From a virus, in IMG/VR virus record IMGVR_UViG_3300042892_004016, positions 51,895-115,894 of that record: 64,000 nucleotides of DNA; one strand, given 5' to 3'. Of the stretch, positions 17,525-29,428 are shown piece after piece; the first letter of the stretch is position 1; each line of letters starts with the position of its first letter. The notes beneath the pieces are model-generated. The model was given only the letters and a program-made list of their open reading frames with translations, made no database searches and was not told where the DNA came from. A program made the translations under genes and the position numbers.

Positions 17525-20500
17525 ATGGCATTAAAAAACTTTAATAGTGAATCAGGTTTTAGCGTAGGAGTATATCCTACCATTGAAGTTATTGATCGTG
17601 ATGGTAAAGTTATTGCCACTACGCTTGATGTATCTGGAGCTATCATAGCGCAGTCAACCCTGGTGGTACAGGGTGATGCCACCATATTTGGAAACTTGGT
17701 GGTACAGGGCACTGCTATTTACGCTAATGTAGAAACAGTAAACATAAAAGATCCAATTGTAGAGCAAGGCGGCAACCCTAATGGATATCCACTAACAGCC
17801 AATGACACTATTAACAGAGGTACTCTACTACATTACTTTGTGGGAGACTCAGCCACTGGCAGACCTGTGGATGCGTTCATGGGTTGGGATAGTAATAATA
17901 GCCAATTCACATTTGCCAGCAATATATCTTATGTAGAAAATGAAGTAATAGTACATGAATACGGTAATATACAGGCTAAGAATTTTGTTGGCAATGGAGC
18001 ACAGCTAACCAGTATTACTGGAGCCAGCGTTACTGGAATAGTAGCAGAAGCTGAATATTCAAACACTGCAAACTATTCTGCATATGCTGGAAACGTAACT
18101 GCATCTGCCCAGCCAAATATAACCTCACTGGGGTCATTAACTGGCTTGACAGTTGATGGAGACATCAATGCTGGCATAGTCACTGGTACATTCTTTGTTG
18201 GTAATGCATTCAGACTGGACCATATAAACGGCGCAAATGTAAGCGAAGTGTCTTTAGCTACTTTTGCAACATCAGCAGAACAAGCTAACAATTCTAACTA
18301 TGCAGGCAACGTAACGGTTCCAGCGCAACCGCTAATCACCAGTGTTGGAACACTAACTGGCTTAACAGTACACACGGCTGCAGATAATGGTAACATCACC
18401 GTAGATAATGCCAATTTAGGCAATTTAGCAGTTGCCAACTTCTTCTCAGGTGACGGACGCTTACTAAGCAATATAACTGGGGCTAACGTAACCGGTGAAG
18501 TTGACTTTGCTGCAACAGCAAACGCAGTAACAGGGGCCAATGTAGCTGGTGAAGTAAGATTTGCCAATCTGGCAACATACGCAACCAATGTGGTTGCATC
18601 AGCCCAACCAAATATTACCAGTGTTGGTACGCTTGACAGTCTGGCTGTTACTGGTGCTGTTACTGCCAGTTCGTTCAGTGGCAGCGGCGCCAGCTTATCA
18701 GATATTAACGGTGCAAATGTAAGTGAAGTTCCCAATGCACATTATGCCAGCCTCTCAGGTTTGGCTGACGTTGCCACAGTATCAGGCACGGTAACTGTAG
18801 CAGCACAGCCCAACATTACCAGCGTGGGCATACTAACAAAATTAATAGTACACCAGGCTGCAGATGGTGGCAACATAGGAAATATCACGGCAGATAATGC
18901 CAATTTGGGCAACGCAGTTCAAGCCAATTACTTTTTAGGAAATGGCTCACTACTAACTGGTGTTGTGGTAGGCTTAGCAAATGCTATTGCCAATGGCGAC
19001 AGTAACGTATCGGTATTCAACACCACTATTGGACTATCGGCAAACAACACAGCCAATGTAGTGTTGATTACGTATGACGGTGCAAATGTAACGGGCAACT
19101 TAACAGTGACTAAAACAGTCACTGCAGAATCGATCACTGGTACTCTGACAACTGCCGCTAGTGCCCAGCCCAACATAACAAGCTTGGGTACTCTAACTGG
19201 TCTGACAGTAGAAGGTGCAGTAACTGTAACCAGTTTGGTTGGTAACATATCGGGCAAGATTGCTGCTCCTGGTAGTGAAAGTGAAATATCCTACAACAAA
19301 GATGGAAATCTTGCTGCAAGTGCTGCATTTGCGTTCAACGATGTAGCCAACATATTAACTGTTACTGGTAATGTAGAAGTATCAAACTACTTGACCAGAG
19401 ACAGCAAGTCAGTTCCTACGTTTGTGAGTTCAGGTACCAGCCCCGACAACCCACAACTGGGTGATCAATGGTATGACACTGATACCGATGTGATATATCA
19501 ATATATCTTCGATGGCGAATCATTTGCATGGGTTGATATAAGTACTGGCTTTATTAATGCCAACACACAGGCTACTCCAGATACACTAGCATTTAGAACA
19601 TCAACTGGAAACATCGCAGCCAATACATTTGTAGGCAATGGCTTATATGTAACTGATGCAACCATAACAGGCAACTTGGTAGTCTCAGGTGATACTGCAT
19701 ACGTCAATGTAACTGCCCTAAATATCAAAGACCCTATTATTCAATTGGGCAATCTCGCAGATGGCGCACCACTTACACTAAACGATGATAAAGACAGAGG
19801 CGAGGTATTACACTATTACAGCGGAGGCGCAGCCAAAGCCGCATTTATAGGGTGGGATAACAGCAATGCAGAGTTTGCATTTAGCAGCAATGTTACACTA
19901 AATGAAAACGTAGTAACTATCAATGAGTTGGGCAATGTCAGAGCAGGCTATTTTATTGGCGACGGCAGCGGATTAACCAATATTAATGCTGCGGGCGCGG
20001 GTATTACTGGAAACGTAGTCACGCTGGGTACACCAACTGACAGTGATATAGTCTCACCTGGCACAGTTACTACTTGGGAAACCACTACAACAGTGACAGA
20101 CGCGATTGACGACTTGAACGAAGCAATGGAGAACGTGAGAAACAATACTTACGTTAAGAGCGTTTCGTTTACTGGTACACCAACAGCAGGAGGTGCAGGA
20201 ACAACTGTCACCCTGACAATAACTTCAGTTGGTAATCCAAACAGATACGATATCACTTGGGGCGATGGCACACAAACTTTGGCAGCAACCAGTACCACGC
20301 CAACACATGTGTATGCAACCAATGTGGGATCACCCTACACTATAACAGTCAGAGCATATAACAATGCAGGCAGTGGAACCGGCAGTGAAGCCAGCTTCTC
20401 ACGTGCCAGTTATATAATAATTTACACAGCAAACCCGGTAGTAACTTTTGGATTATACAGAGCAAGCACCGGCGGCGCTGCACTATCTGGTAGCACACTT

Positions 20501-22384
20501 TATGCTTCAGAAGGCGAAACAGTCTATTTAGAGAATACAACTACAAACACATCAGGCGCAACAGTTACCTACACTATCAATTGGGGTGACGGCAATACTG
20601 ATACTATAGCCAGTGACAGTGTTGCAGGCGGAGTGGGCGGCGGCAGAAAGAGCCACGTTTATGCTACTGGACAGAACTCAGGTACTGGTACAAAAACAAT
20701 CACATTGACTATTACCAGTCACAATACAGCAACTCCTAGCTACATAGCAGCTGGTCCAAATAGTACAGCAGCTATCAAAGTATACGATCCTGCAATTGGC
20801 GCTCCTGCGGGACTCGGTACTAAGACAATCACATTCAGCAGCAGCGTGGGCACAAGTCCATATCTAGCTAGTGGATTTGCAAACAACACAGGCGGCGCAA
20901 CAACATATGTTGCGGGTGTCGCGGTAAACAGAATATTAACTGGCAGCGCGAACTCAGTTACATTGACCTCGTATGCATATGATGGCGACAGCGGTACACT
21001 AGCAGCATACATTAACGGTGTGGATTCAGGTAATATAGAGTTGACCTCTGCTGATAACTCAGGTACAAACGGCGCATTAATTCTGAACTCAGAGAGTGAC
21101 TATAACTTGCTAACCAGCGCTGGGCTATCAATCACATTTGCTCTGTCAATTTATAGTCCAGGGTTATACAAAGGATTAAAAGCCACTGTATCAGAAGCAG
21201 TCAGCGCATTGAGTCCTGGCGTGAACAACATGAAGTTAGCGCATACTACCAGTGGAAATACTAACATAATTGAATTTGTAAAAGATGATGTTACCCTGGT
21301 GCCCACAGTTGACTTGACTAATGCAACAGTTGCAAATGCCACTAACGGCACATATCGTTATATTTCGGGTATTCCATACTACAACACAGGTAGCCCTACT
21401 GTAACACTGGCGGGCGCCAACGTATACAATTGGATAGGTCAAACGTATCAGAATACCACTAGTCCCTTTCAAATTGCGGCGGGTACAAATGATGAAAGCA
21501 CAACAGGCAATGTGGTTGCAGCGCAAGCAAAAACATATGCGAACTTGGACGGTGCAGTAACATTCCTGTCAGGTGGCATACCAAAAGCAAATACAGGTAA
21601 CACCAGTGTAAATGCATACACTGTTGGCAGTCAATCAATAAATGTGGCTCCAGCTGGTATCGCAGCAGTGCAAACTGTCAAGTTCTTGGCCACTAACGTC
21701 AACGGCACTGGGGCATACGCTACTCACAGCAAAAAGATACAGGTGTTTACTGCAACTCCAAGTGGGTTTGTAGAGGACAGCATAGCATGCGCAGTTGGTG
21801 GAACCAATGCTGTGGCCAAGCGAATCGTAATAGATGGCACAGGCTCAACACGAGCATACAATTCTGCTACCAATTACTACACCAGTGGATTATGGTCTGG
21901 CGCGCAAACAATCGCAGGCACAGATAGTGCAGTGGTTCGTTGGAATGCACTGAAACATTATGCTACAGACTTGACTGCGTATCTGCCAGCTGGTCCTGAT
22001 TTAGCAACAGGCAGAAGCACTGCACAATATTTCTTTGGCGCGTTCAGCAGAACAGCAAAGAGCAGTTTTACTGTTACAATTACTGGAACAATACGAGGAT
22101 TGTACTTTGCTGCACCAGGATCATCAATAGATACTACCAGTACATTAAATGGCTGGTTAGATGCAAGTATAGCGTATAACGGTTCTGGTGTACCGGGAGC
22201 AAATGGAAATGGTTCAAATGGATGTACAGTGGGAACTACTGTGCCACTGGGCACTGCGATCTCAAATCAAACATACACGATAACATTGGGATCAGAGAGT
22301 ACAACTAACTCAACTGGCAATCAAATATTATTCTCTATTGCACTTAACGCAGGCGATACAGTAACATCATGGAGCTTTAGTTAA
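17525..22384 (+). CDS. Large fibre/structural protein with two PKD-like domains
   Basis: 1619 aa. AQPNITS repeats, two DPII..DRG modules, a GDQWYD module and PKD signatures (YDITWGDG..HVY, YTINWGDG..HVY). Confidence 0.75.
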   Translation: MALKNFNSESGFSVGVYPTIEVIDRDGKVIATTLDVSGAIIAQSTLVVQGDATIFGNLVVQGTAIYANVETVNIKDPIVEQGGNPNGYPLTANDTINRGTLLHYFVGDSATGRPVDAFMGWDSNNSQFTFASNISYVENEVIVHEYGNIQAKNFVGNGAQLTSITGASVTGIVAEAEYSNTANYSAYAGNVTASAQPNITSLGSLTGLTVDGDINAGIVTGTFFVGNAFRLDHINGANVSEVSLATFATSAEQANNSNYAGNVTVPAQPLITSVGTLTGLTVHTAADNGNITVDNANLGNLAVANFFSGDGRLLSNITGANVTGEVDFAATANAVTGANVAGEVRFANLATYATNVVASAQPNITSVGTLDSLAVTGAVTASSFSGSGASLSDINGANVSEVPNAHYASLSGLADVATVSGTVTVAAQPNITSVGILTKLIVHQAADGGNIGNITADNANLGNAVQANYFLGNGSLLTGVVVGLANAIANGDSNVSVFNTTIGLSANNTANVVLITYDGANVTGNLTVTKTVTAESITGTLTTAASAQPNITSLGTLTGLTVEGAVTVTSLVGNISGKIAAPGSESEISYNKDGNLAASAAFAFNDVANILTVTGNVEVSNYLTRDSKSVPTFVSSGTSPDNPQLGDQWYDTDTDVIYQYIFDGESFAWVDISTGFINANTQATPDTLAFRTSTGNIAANTFVGNGLYVTDATITGNLVVSGDTAYVNVTALNIKDPIIQLGNLADGAPLTLNDDKDRGEVLHYYSGGAAKAAFIGWDNSNAEFAFSSNVTLNENVVTINELGNVRAGYFIGDGSGLTNINAAGAGITGNVVTLGTPTDSDIVSPGTVTTWETTTTVTDAIDDLNEAMENVRNNTYVKSVSFTGTPTAGGAGTTVTLTITSVGNPNRYDITWGDGTQTLAATSTTPTHVYATNVGSPYTITVRAYNNAGSGTGSEASFSRASYIIIYTANPVVTFGLYRASTGGAALSGSTLYASEGETVYLENTTTNTSGATVTYTINWGDGNTDTIASDSVAGGVGGGRKSHVYATGQNSGTGTKTITLTITSHNTATPSYIAAGPNSTAAIKVYDPAIGAPAGLGTKTITFSSSVGTSPYLASGFANNTGGATTYVAGVAVNRILTGSANSVTLTSYAYDGDSGTLAAYINGVDSGNIELTSADNSGTNGALILNSESDYNLLTSAGLSITFALSIYSPGLYKGLKATVSEAVSALSPGVNNMKLAHTTSGNTNIIEFVKDDVTLVPTVDLTNATVANATNGTYRYISGIPYYNTGSPTVTLAGANVYNWIGQTYQNTTSPFQIAAGTNDESTTGNVVAAQAKTYANLDGAVTFLSGGIPKANTGNTSVNAYTVGSQSINVAPAGIAAVQTVKFLATNVNGTGAYATHSKKIQVFTATPSGFVEDSIACAVGGTNAVAKRIVIDGTGSTRAYNSATNYYTSGLWSGAQTIAGTDSAVVRWNALKHYATDLTAYLPAGPDLATGRSTAQYFFGAFSRTAKSSFTVTITGTIRGLYFAAPGSSIDTTSTLNGWLDASIAYNGSGVPGANGNGSNGCTVGTTVPLGTAISNQTYTITLGSESTTNSTGNQILFSIALNAGDTVTSWSFS

Positions 22385-23781
22385 TGGCTATTACCGATAT
22401 TCAAAAAACAGACTTTCTGTGGAAAAAGTTAGGTTATGGCGTAGCCAAAACTGACACTGACACTAACAAGAAAGCATACGAAGAATCCATATCAAGCCCG
22501 CTGCTTATTCGCGGTGATAGGATTTGGCAAGAGTCAGGGTCAATCCCAACAGTAAAACCAACTGCCACTACCAGTTTAGTTACCATATATAAAGATGGCA
22601 CTGGCTCGTGGTTATCCACAGTAAAAACCACAGAAGATGCCACTGCCAGTGATAACAAGACTTGGAAAACCAATTTAACAGATTGGATCAGTCCTGAGTT
22701 TGGCGCATCCTATCAGGTAGAAGTGTACATTGACAGTAGTAGTGCTGCCAACCCACAAACTACTGGTACTAAAATATTTTCTGCTGGATCTGGCAACAAC
22801 GATGAATGGTTCTTTGATTATCAAGCGGGCGTCTTGCACTTTATTGGTGCAAACTTACCCACTGCAATCACTACTGGAGTAACTGGCAAAAGCATCTATG
22901 TGAGTGGTGCCAGATACGCCGGTGGTCTTGGCTTTGGTAGCAGTTCAATTTCCAGCATTGGTAACATTGTAATCACTGGCAACACCATAGCCACCATAAA
23001 CGATGCCAACATCATACTGGATCCCAGTGGTACTGGCAATGTTCGGGTAGTTGGTAATCTGTTTACAGACAATATACTAACAGACAACTATTACTATGCT
23101 AATGGCGTTGCATTGGACATGCAACAGCCAGCCGGAGTCAATACTCAGATACAATTTAACTCCACTGACAACTTTGGCGCAAGCGCAAATCTTACATTTA
23201 ATGCAGCTACTAACAAACTAACAGTAGTTGGTAATATAGAAGCAACCTACTTGTTTGGCGATGGCGGGCTATTAAGCAACATCATATCTACCAGCGGTGT
23301 CGCCACCACGATAACAGCGTCAGCACAGCCCAATATTACCAGTGTGGGAACAACCCTGACTATAGGCACAGCAGAGTCAAGTACTTACATTGATAACGGA
23401 AGTATCACTGCATCCGGTAATCTGGTAATAAACGGCGGGAATATATCACTGGGTGGAGCAGTACTGGCAGTGAGTGGAGCTGGTGCAGGAATCAGCGTAG
23501 TAACTGACACTGTGGTAGATTCGTTCGCAATAGAAGATTTCAGGACAGCTAAATATATCATAAAAGCGGGAAATGACATGGGCTACCAGTCATTGGAAGT
23601 ACTATTGATTCATGACGGTATCGACAGCTATATTACAGTATATGGGGCTATCAGCACTGTGGAATATGACGATATCATTACGCTCACCAGCAATATAGTT
23701 TCAGGCAATGTCAAGTTGTATGCTACTGGTTCAGATACCAATACAGTAGTGAACTTCTTGAGCACTTATGTTAAAGATTGA
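22384..23781 (+). CDS. Virion structural protein
   Basis: 465 aa, TAATG-coupled to the previous gene. Globular N-domain (EWFFDYQAGVLHF), short fibre, C-terminal FRTAKY..EVLLIHDG..YGAI module. Confidence 0.7.
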   Translation: MAITDIQKTDFLWKKLGYGVAKTDTDTNKKAYEESISSPLLIRGDRIWQESGSIPTVKPTATTSLVTIYKDGTGSWLSTVKTTEDATASDNKTWKTNLTDWISPEFGASYQVEVYIDSSSAANPQTTGTKIFSAGSGNNDEWFFDYQAGVLHFIGANLPTAITTGVTGKSIYVSGARYAGGLGFGSSSISSIGNIVITGNTIATINDANIILDPSGTGNVRVVGNLFTDNILTDNYYYANGVALDMQQPAGVNTQIQFNSTDNFGASANLTFNAATNKLTVVGNIEATYLFGDGGLLSNIISTSGVATTITASAQPNITSVGTTLTIGTAESSTYIDNGSITASGNLVINGGNISLGGAVLAVSGAGAGISVVTDTVVDSFAIEDFRTAKYIIKAGNDMGYQSLEVLLIHDGIDSYITVYGAISTVEYDDIITLTSNIVSGNVKLYATGSDTNTVVNFLSTYVKD

Positions 23782-23796
23782 GGATAATATATAATT

Positions 23797-24603
23797 ATGG
23801 CAAATAAATATTTTAATGTTAAAGACGGAATAAAATCCGGTAACATAACATTAGAAGCCACTTCGGGTAATGCCAATCTGGGTAACATAAAGTCAACTGG
23901 TGTAGTTTCTGCCGTAGACCTGATCCTGTCTGGCAATGTACGAAGCAACCTCTTACCCAATGTAACTAACACGTTTTCGCTGGGATCTTCCAGCCAGGTG
24001 TTCACCGATGTATTTGTAGCTAACTCAATCGCTCTTGCCGGGCAAACTATAGTAGGAAACACCGCGGCCAACACTGTTGTGATTTCGGGCAATGTTATTA
24101 TTGCCCAAGCCAATGTAACCAATATAAAAGTAACTGATAAGATAACCACAGCAAACTTTAGAGTTACAGAACTGGCCAATATTGAGAACATACTTGTCGC
24201 CAATCAAGCTAACTTTAGCAACGGGATTTCAGTATCTGTTCTGGCTACATTGAATGAACTAAGAGTAACCACCACAGCAAATACAGCTAACTTAACAGTC
24301 ACAAATACTGCTACAATTGAGACCCTCTCTGCTAATAATATAACTGGAAACTCTCTGACCATCAACCTTGACGCAGAAATCAAGGGTAATCTGGCAGTGA
24401 ATAAGCAGCTGGTGATAAATAGTACTACTGATTCTACCACAACCGACACAGGTGCAATTGTCGTCAAGGGTGGGGTAGGAATTGAGAAGGATTTGACTGT
24501 TGGGGGCAATATTAATCTGGCAACGCAGACTAATAAAACCCCAAAAGCTGGCATTAACTATAATGACAGCGGCACCGGCAGTATAGATTTTGGATTTAAA
24601 TAA
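23797..24603 (+). CDS. Fibre protein
   Basis: 268 aa. KYFNVKDG start, TGAIVVKGGVGI motif, C-terminal SIDFGF. Confidence 0.7.
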   Translation: MANKYFNVKDGIKSGNITLEATSGNANLGNIKSTGVVSAVDLILSGNVRSNLLPNVTNTFSLGSSSQVFTDVFVANSIALAGQTIVGNTAANTVVISGNVIIAQANVTNIKVTDKITTANFRVTELANIENILVANQANFSNGISVSVLATLNELRVTTTANTANLTVTNTATIETLSANNITGNSLTINLDAEIKGNLAVNKQLVINSTTDSTTTDTGAIVVKGGVGIEKDLTVGGNINLATQTNKTPKAGINYNDSGTGSIDFGFK

Positions 24604-24621
24604 TTTTTATAGGAAAACAAT

Positions 24622-25566
24622 ATGGCAGCAGTAAAAGCAAGGCTCACGAACGACGGTACATTACTGACTGTTGGTGAGTTTGATGAAACCCTTGAAGTAA
24701 GAGATTGGGTAACTGATGAACTTAGTCCCCATAGTATTACGGCAGATAACATATTCTCTGATGAGTTTGATGAAGTCACTATGGGGCTGGGCGGCGCAAG
24801 TGGCGGTTCGTTAGAATTCAACGGTACTACTCAAAAACTAGATTTGGGCAGCAGTGAAGATTTTCAATTTGGTAGAAACACAGTTGGATCAAATGCCAAC
24901 GACTACACAATTGAGGGTTGGTTCTTTATAAGAGCTGAGCCTATTCCATACATGAGACTATGGTGCTTTACTGACGGAGACAACGTTGAAGTTTTGGGCA
25001 GTTCGGTATATTATTGGAATGGTGGATCTCCTGTTACCAGCGGGGCCGGAGTAATTACTCCTAATGCATGGTATCATATTGCATTAGTTAGAAATGGCGG
25101 AACGGTAAAGCTATACGTAAATGGAGCTTTATCAATCACTGATAGCAGTGGTGGAGTAGACAGTGCAAGTTCACGTATACTAACAATCGGTGGAGAAGCA
25201 ACCAATTCGGTAGGTGGTCAGGATCCCACGCCAGCCGTATTTGACGGATATTTCAAAGGAAGAATTAGCCAATTTAGAATTGTTAAGGGAGATGCTGTTT
25301 ATACTGCACCGTTTTCCTCTAATAATTTAACACCATTTACAGCAGTATCAGGAACAAAATTGTTGCTAAATGTAGCAACGCAACAAACTTTGATAACAGA
25401 TAGTTCGGGAACGAATAAAACTGTTACAAACACAGGCGGGGCAATGTTTAGTTCATCTACCCCATTATCAACAGCGAACAACGGAGCAATGAAACAGTTA
25501 AAGACTGGTACACTGCGAGTTCTAAACGAGATTGATGAACATACAGGTATAATTACACCTGAATAA
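24622..25566 (+). CDS. FDE-type adaptor with inserted LamG/ConA-like lectin domain
   Basis: Termini match the 76-aa ORF at 29429. Interior has LamG signatures YTIEGWF, WYHIALVR, LYVNG and FKGRISQFR. Confidence 0.7.
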   Translation: MAAVKARLTNDGTLLTVGEFDETLEVRDWVTDELSPHSITADNIFSDEFDEVTMGLGGASGGSLEFNGTTQKLDLGSSEDFQFGRNTVGSNANDYTIEGWFFIRAEPIPYMRLWCFTDGDNVEVLGSSVYYWNGGSPVTSGAGVITPNAWYHIALVRNGGTVKLYVNGALSITDSSGGVDSASSRILTIGGEATNSVGGQDPTPAVFDGYFKGRISQFRIVKGDAVYTAPFSSNNLTPFTAVSGTKLLLNVATQQTLITDSSGTNKTVTNTGGAMFSSSTPLSTANNGAMKQLKTGTLRVLNEIDEHTGIITPE

Positions 25567-25595
25567 ATTATAAACCCAATTAAAGGAAATTAAAA

Positions 25596-28500
25596 ATGGC
25601 AAAACTAAAAAGTGGCACGCGAGTATATGGTGGTCTTACAGTTGATACAACATTACTGGTGCAAACAGATGCAACAATTACCGGTAACTTAACAGTTAAC
25701 GGAACAACTACTTCGGTAAACACTACCAACATCACCGTAAAAGATCCAATCATTGATCTGGGTGGTGGTGCTGATGGTGCGGCACTGACAACTAATGATG
25801 GCAAAGATCGCGGTACGTTATTACGCTATTTCGATGCAGCCGCAGAGACACCAGTAGCTAAAAATGCATTCATGGGCTGGGACAACTCGTCTGGTGAATT
25901 TGCAGTAGCCTCGAATGTCACCATTGTTGGTGAAATAGTAACCTCATACACTTACGGTAACGTTAGAGCAGGCATATTCCACGGCGATGCAGCCGGATTA
26001 ACCAATATTCAAGGTGCTCAGGTATCTGGTACTGTTGCTTTAGCATCAGCAGCTACAACTGCAGGCACAGTGACAACAGCAGCACAACCTACTATTACCA
26101 GTGTTGGTACACTAACTGGGTTAGATGTAAGCGGAACAACTGACTTGTCAACTGTAAACAGTGATGGTATTGTTACTATATCAAACGCAACAGCAGCAAC
26201 CTCAACTACATCTGGTGCACTACAAGTAACAGGCGGCGCTGGCATTGGTGGCAATCTGCACGTTGGTGGAACAATCACTGGTAGCTTCTCAGGAACAACC
26301 AGTGCACCTGGTTCAACCACACAAGTCGTGTTTAACGATGCCGGTACATCTAACGCAACTGCAGAGTTTACTTTTAATAAAACTACTAACACAGTAAGTA
26401 CAGTTAACTTGGTATTAAGTGGCGCAGCTAATGTTGGCACTGATATCAACATGACTGGTGCTACTGCCAGCATTAAGGGTACAACTCTTACTGCTAACGG
26501 TTCAACTGCATTAAATCTAGAAGGATCAACATCAAATATCGCATTGGCTGCGACTGGTGCAATCATCACAACTGCAGGCGGCAATGTAAAGCTTGATAAT
26601 AGCGGTGACTTAACTCTCAGTACAGGCGCTCTAAAACTACCAAATGCAAATATCAGTTCAACTGGTACAGCTAATTTAGGTGGTGCATTAAATGTTGTTA
26701 ATACTGCTAACGTAGCTGATGTTATTGCTAGAAACTTTACTGAAAATCAAATCGCATACTCAGACGGTACTAGCAAATTAGTTGGTTCAGGTAGTTTCAC
26801 TTACAATGCAGGTTCCAGCACATTAGCTGCTCCTACAGTAAGTGCAACTGACGTAAATACTGCTAATGTAACAGCAAGTAGTTTGACAGAAACCCGCGTA
26901 ACATTCGCTGGTACAAGTGGCAAATTAGTTGACAGTGCAAACTTAGCGTTCAACTCAACATCCAAAACGTTATCAGTTGACAATGCTACAATGTCTGGTA
27001 CTGCACAAGCAGCAGAAGTTATTGTTACTACGCTGACATCAACACGTTTACCGTTCGTTGACTCAGACAAATCATTGACAGACAATGCAAACTTAACATT
27101 TACTGGTGGTAATGTACTAACAGTAACTGGTAATGTAGCTGCAACAAACATCCTAACCGATAACTTACGTTATGCTAACGGCGTGGCATGGGACTTACAA
27201 CAAGCTGCTGGTGACACTGGTCAAATTCAATTCAATAACGGCGACGACTTCACAGCAAGTGCAAATCTATCATTCAACACAACTGGTAACACGTTAACTA
27301 CTGATAATTTACAATTAAACGCTGATGCAAATGTAGCTAATGCAACTGTCAGAAGTTTAACTTCAGGTCGTGTTACTCTTGCAGGTACAGGTGGTAAGTT
27401 AGAAGATAGTTCAGGCCTAACATTTAGCTCTAGTAACCTAGCAGTTGCTGGTAACATTGCAATGAGTGGTGCAGCTAATATTAGTGGTGCAAACGTTGTT
27501 AGCGCAACAACTGCTAATATCACAACTTTAAATGCAACCGGTAGTGCTGACATTGGCATTGATTTGAAAGTTAGTGGTAATGCAAACGTTGTTGGCACAT
27601 TAAAAGCAGGTGATACAACAATTGCTGGTAACTTAACAGTAACTGGTACTACAACAAGTGTTAACACTACAGTCACACAACTTACTGATCCAGTATTCGA
27701 ATTAGGCGGTGGCGCCAATGGTGCACCATTGGATACAGATGACGGTATGGATCGCGGTCTGGTACTGCACCGTTATGAAGGTGCTTCAGTAGTAGATTCA
27801 TTTATGGGTTGGGACAATTCTGCATCAGAATTTGTCTTAGCTAAAAATGTAACAATAACAGATAACGTTGTTATAGTTCCTGGAACTACCGCTGCTGAAA
27901 TAACAGCAAATCTTGGTGACTTGCGCATCGCTAACATTTTTGCACAAAACGCTAACTTTGGTGGTGTCGTATTCTCAGAAGGCAACGTTACTTTAGGTGC
28001 TGGTAGTAAATTCGTTGGTACTCTTGAAGGTGACGTAGTTGGTAACTTCAGCGGTGACATTACAGTTACTGGTGGTGCAGGTGCAATTCAATTTGCTGAC
28101 GCAGACGATCTACTAACATCCAGTGCTAATTTAAACTTTGTTGATAGTACACAAACATTAACGGTTGGTAACGGAACAACTACCGGTGAAGTTAAAGCTA
28201 ATTTAATAACAGGTACACTAACAACAGCAGCACAGCCAAATGTGACTAGTGTTGGTACATTAACAAGCCTAACGGTAACAGGCGATGTTGCAGCAGGTAA
28301 TGTTAAGACAAATAATCTGTTATATGCAAATGGCGTTGCTTGGGATCTACAACAAGCAGCTGGTGATACAGGTCAGATCCAATTTAACAACGGTGATGAT
28401 TTCTCAGCAAGTGCGAATCTAACATTTGCGGACAACACACTGACTGTTACCGGTACTGCAAACGTAATTGGTACAGTTAATGCAGCTAATGTAACTGTTT

Positions 28501-29417
28501 CTAGCTTAAGTAATACCTATGTTACATTTGCAGGTCTAAATGGCAAGTTAGTTAACAGTACTAACTTCAAATTTGACACTGCTACTAACACATTAGATGT
28601 TACTGGTACTGCAAACGTAAGCGGTACAATTAATGCAGCTAACGTAACTGTTTCTAACTTAACTGGTGGCCGCGTAACTTTTGCTGAGGCGTCAACTGAT
28701 AGATTAGTTGATAGCACAAACTTAACATTTGATGCAACCACTGATACGTTAACAACTATTACTGCTAATGTAACAACATTGAACTCGGGTACTATTGTTA
28801 ATACAGGCGACATTACAGCTGGTAACGTTTATGCTAACTCAGGTACAGTTAAAGCTACTTACTTAACGGGTTTATTAACAACAGCAGCGCAGACAAACAT
28901 AACAAGTTTGAGCACATTGACAGGATTGAGTGTTAATGGTACTGCAAACTTGAGCGCAGTCGGTAATGTAATTATTACTGGTGGTACTGCTGGACAATAC
29001 CTAAAAGCAACAAACAGCTCAGGTGGATTAGAGTATGCTTCATTAGATACAAGTATCATTGCAAATGATACAAGTAACGTGACTATTGCTACTGCTAACG
29101 GAACAGTTAACACAAATGTTAATGGTTCACTAAAGCTTGAAGTTACTGGTACTGGTGCAAATGTAACTGGTATATTAGAAGTCTCTGGTAATGTTAACAG
29201 TGACAACTTGAACACTGGGTTAATTACTGCTGATGCAAACGTTGACAGTACAAGCTCAATTACAGGAACTGTTAAAGTTACAGGTGGTTTAGCTGCAACA
29301 GGTAATATATACACTGGAAAGTCAGTTGGTTTTGCTGATAACGCCGGTGGATCTGCAAGTAAAGCGTACATTCAATTCAACGCAACAGCAAACAGTCTAG
29401 ACTTTATCTTCGATTAA
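25596..29417 (+). CDS. Long fibre (stalk) protein
   Basis: 1273 aa. MAKLKSGTRVYG start, internal duplications (YANGVAWDLQQAAGDTGQIQFNNGDDF twice), C-terminal SLDFIF. Confidence 0.75.
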   Translation: MAKLKSGTRVYGGLTVDTTLLVQTDATITGNLTVNGTTTSVNTTNITVKDPIIDLGGGADGAALTTNDGKDRGTLLRYFDAAAETPVAKNAFMGWDNSSGEFAVASNVTIVGEIVTSYTYGNVRAGIFHGDAAGLTNIQGAQVSGTVALASAATTAGTVTTAAQPTITSVGTLTGLDVSGTTDLSTVNSDGIVTISNATAATSTTSGALQVTGGAGIGGNLHVGGTITGSFSGTTSAPGSTTQVVFNDAGTSNATAEFTFNKTTNTVSTVNLVLSGAANVGTDINMTGATASIKGTTLTANGSTALNLEGSTSNIALAATGAIITTAGGNVKLDNSGDLTLSTGALKLPNANISSTGTANLGGALNVVNTANVADVIARNFTENQIAYSDGTSKLVGSGSFTYNAGSSTLAAPTVSATDVNTANVTASSLTETRVTFAGTSGKLVDSANLAFNSTSKTLSVDNATMSGTAQAAEVIVTTLTSTRLPFVDSDKSLTDNANLTFTGGNVLTVTGNVAATNILTDNLRYANGVAWDLQQAAGDTGQIQFNNGDDFTASANLSFNTTGNTLTTDNLQLNADANVANATVRSLTSGRVTLAGTGGKLEDSSGLTFSSSNLAVAGNIAMSGAANISGANVVSATTANITTLNATGSADIGIDLKVSGNANVVGTLKAGDTTIAGNLTVTGTTTSVNTTVTQLTDPVFELGGGANGAPLDTDDGMDRGLVLHRYEGASVVDSFMGWDNSASEFVLAKNVTITDNVVIVPGTTAAEITANLGDLRIANIFAQNANFGGVVFSEGNVTLGAGSKFVGTLEGDVVGNFSGDITVTGGAGAIQFADADDLLTSSANLNFVDSTQTLTVGNGTTTGEVKANLITGTLTTAAQPNVTSVGTLTSLTVTGDVAAGNVKTNNLLYANGVAWDLQQAAGDTGQIQFNNGDDFSASANLTFADNTLTVTGTANVIGTVNAANVTVSSLSNTYVTFAGLNGKLVNSTNFKFDTATNTLDVTGTANVSGTINAANVTVSNLTGGRVTFAEASTDRLVDSTNLTFDATTDTLTTITANVTTLNSGTIVNTGDITAGNVYANSGTVKATYLTGLLTTAAQTNITSLSTLTGLSVNGTANLSAVGNVIITGGTAGQYLKATNSSGGLEYASLDTSIIANDTSNVTIATANGTVNTNVNGSLKLEVTGTGANVTGILEVSGNVNSDNLNTGLITADANVDSTSSITGTVKVTGGLAATGNIYTGKSVGFADNAGGSASKAYIQFNATANSLDFIFD

Positions 29418-29428
29418 TTGAGGATACC

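Noticed and set aside
19430-19545. GDQW module to MAFP-start pairing as another docking rule
   Set aside because: It fits ORF 55786 followed by 58283, but the copy in ORF 17525 has no matching downstream gene. One instance is too little to claim.
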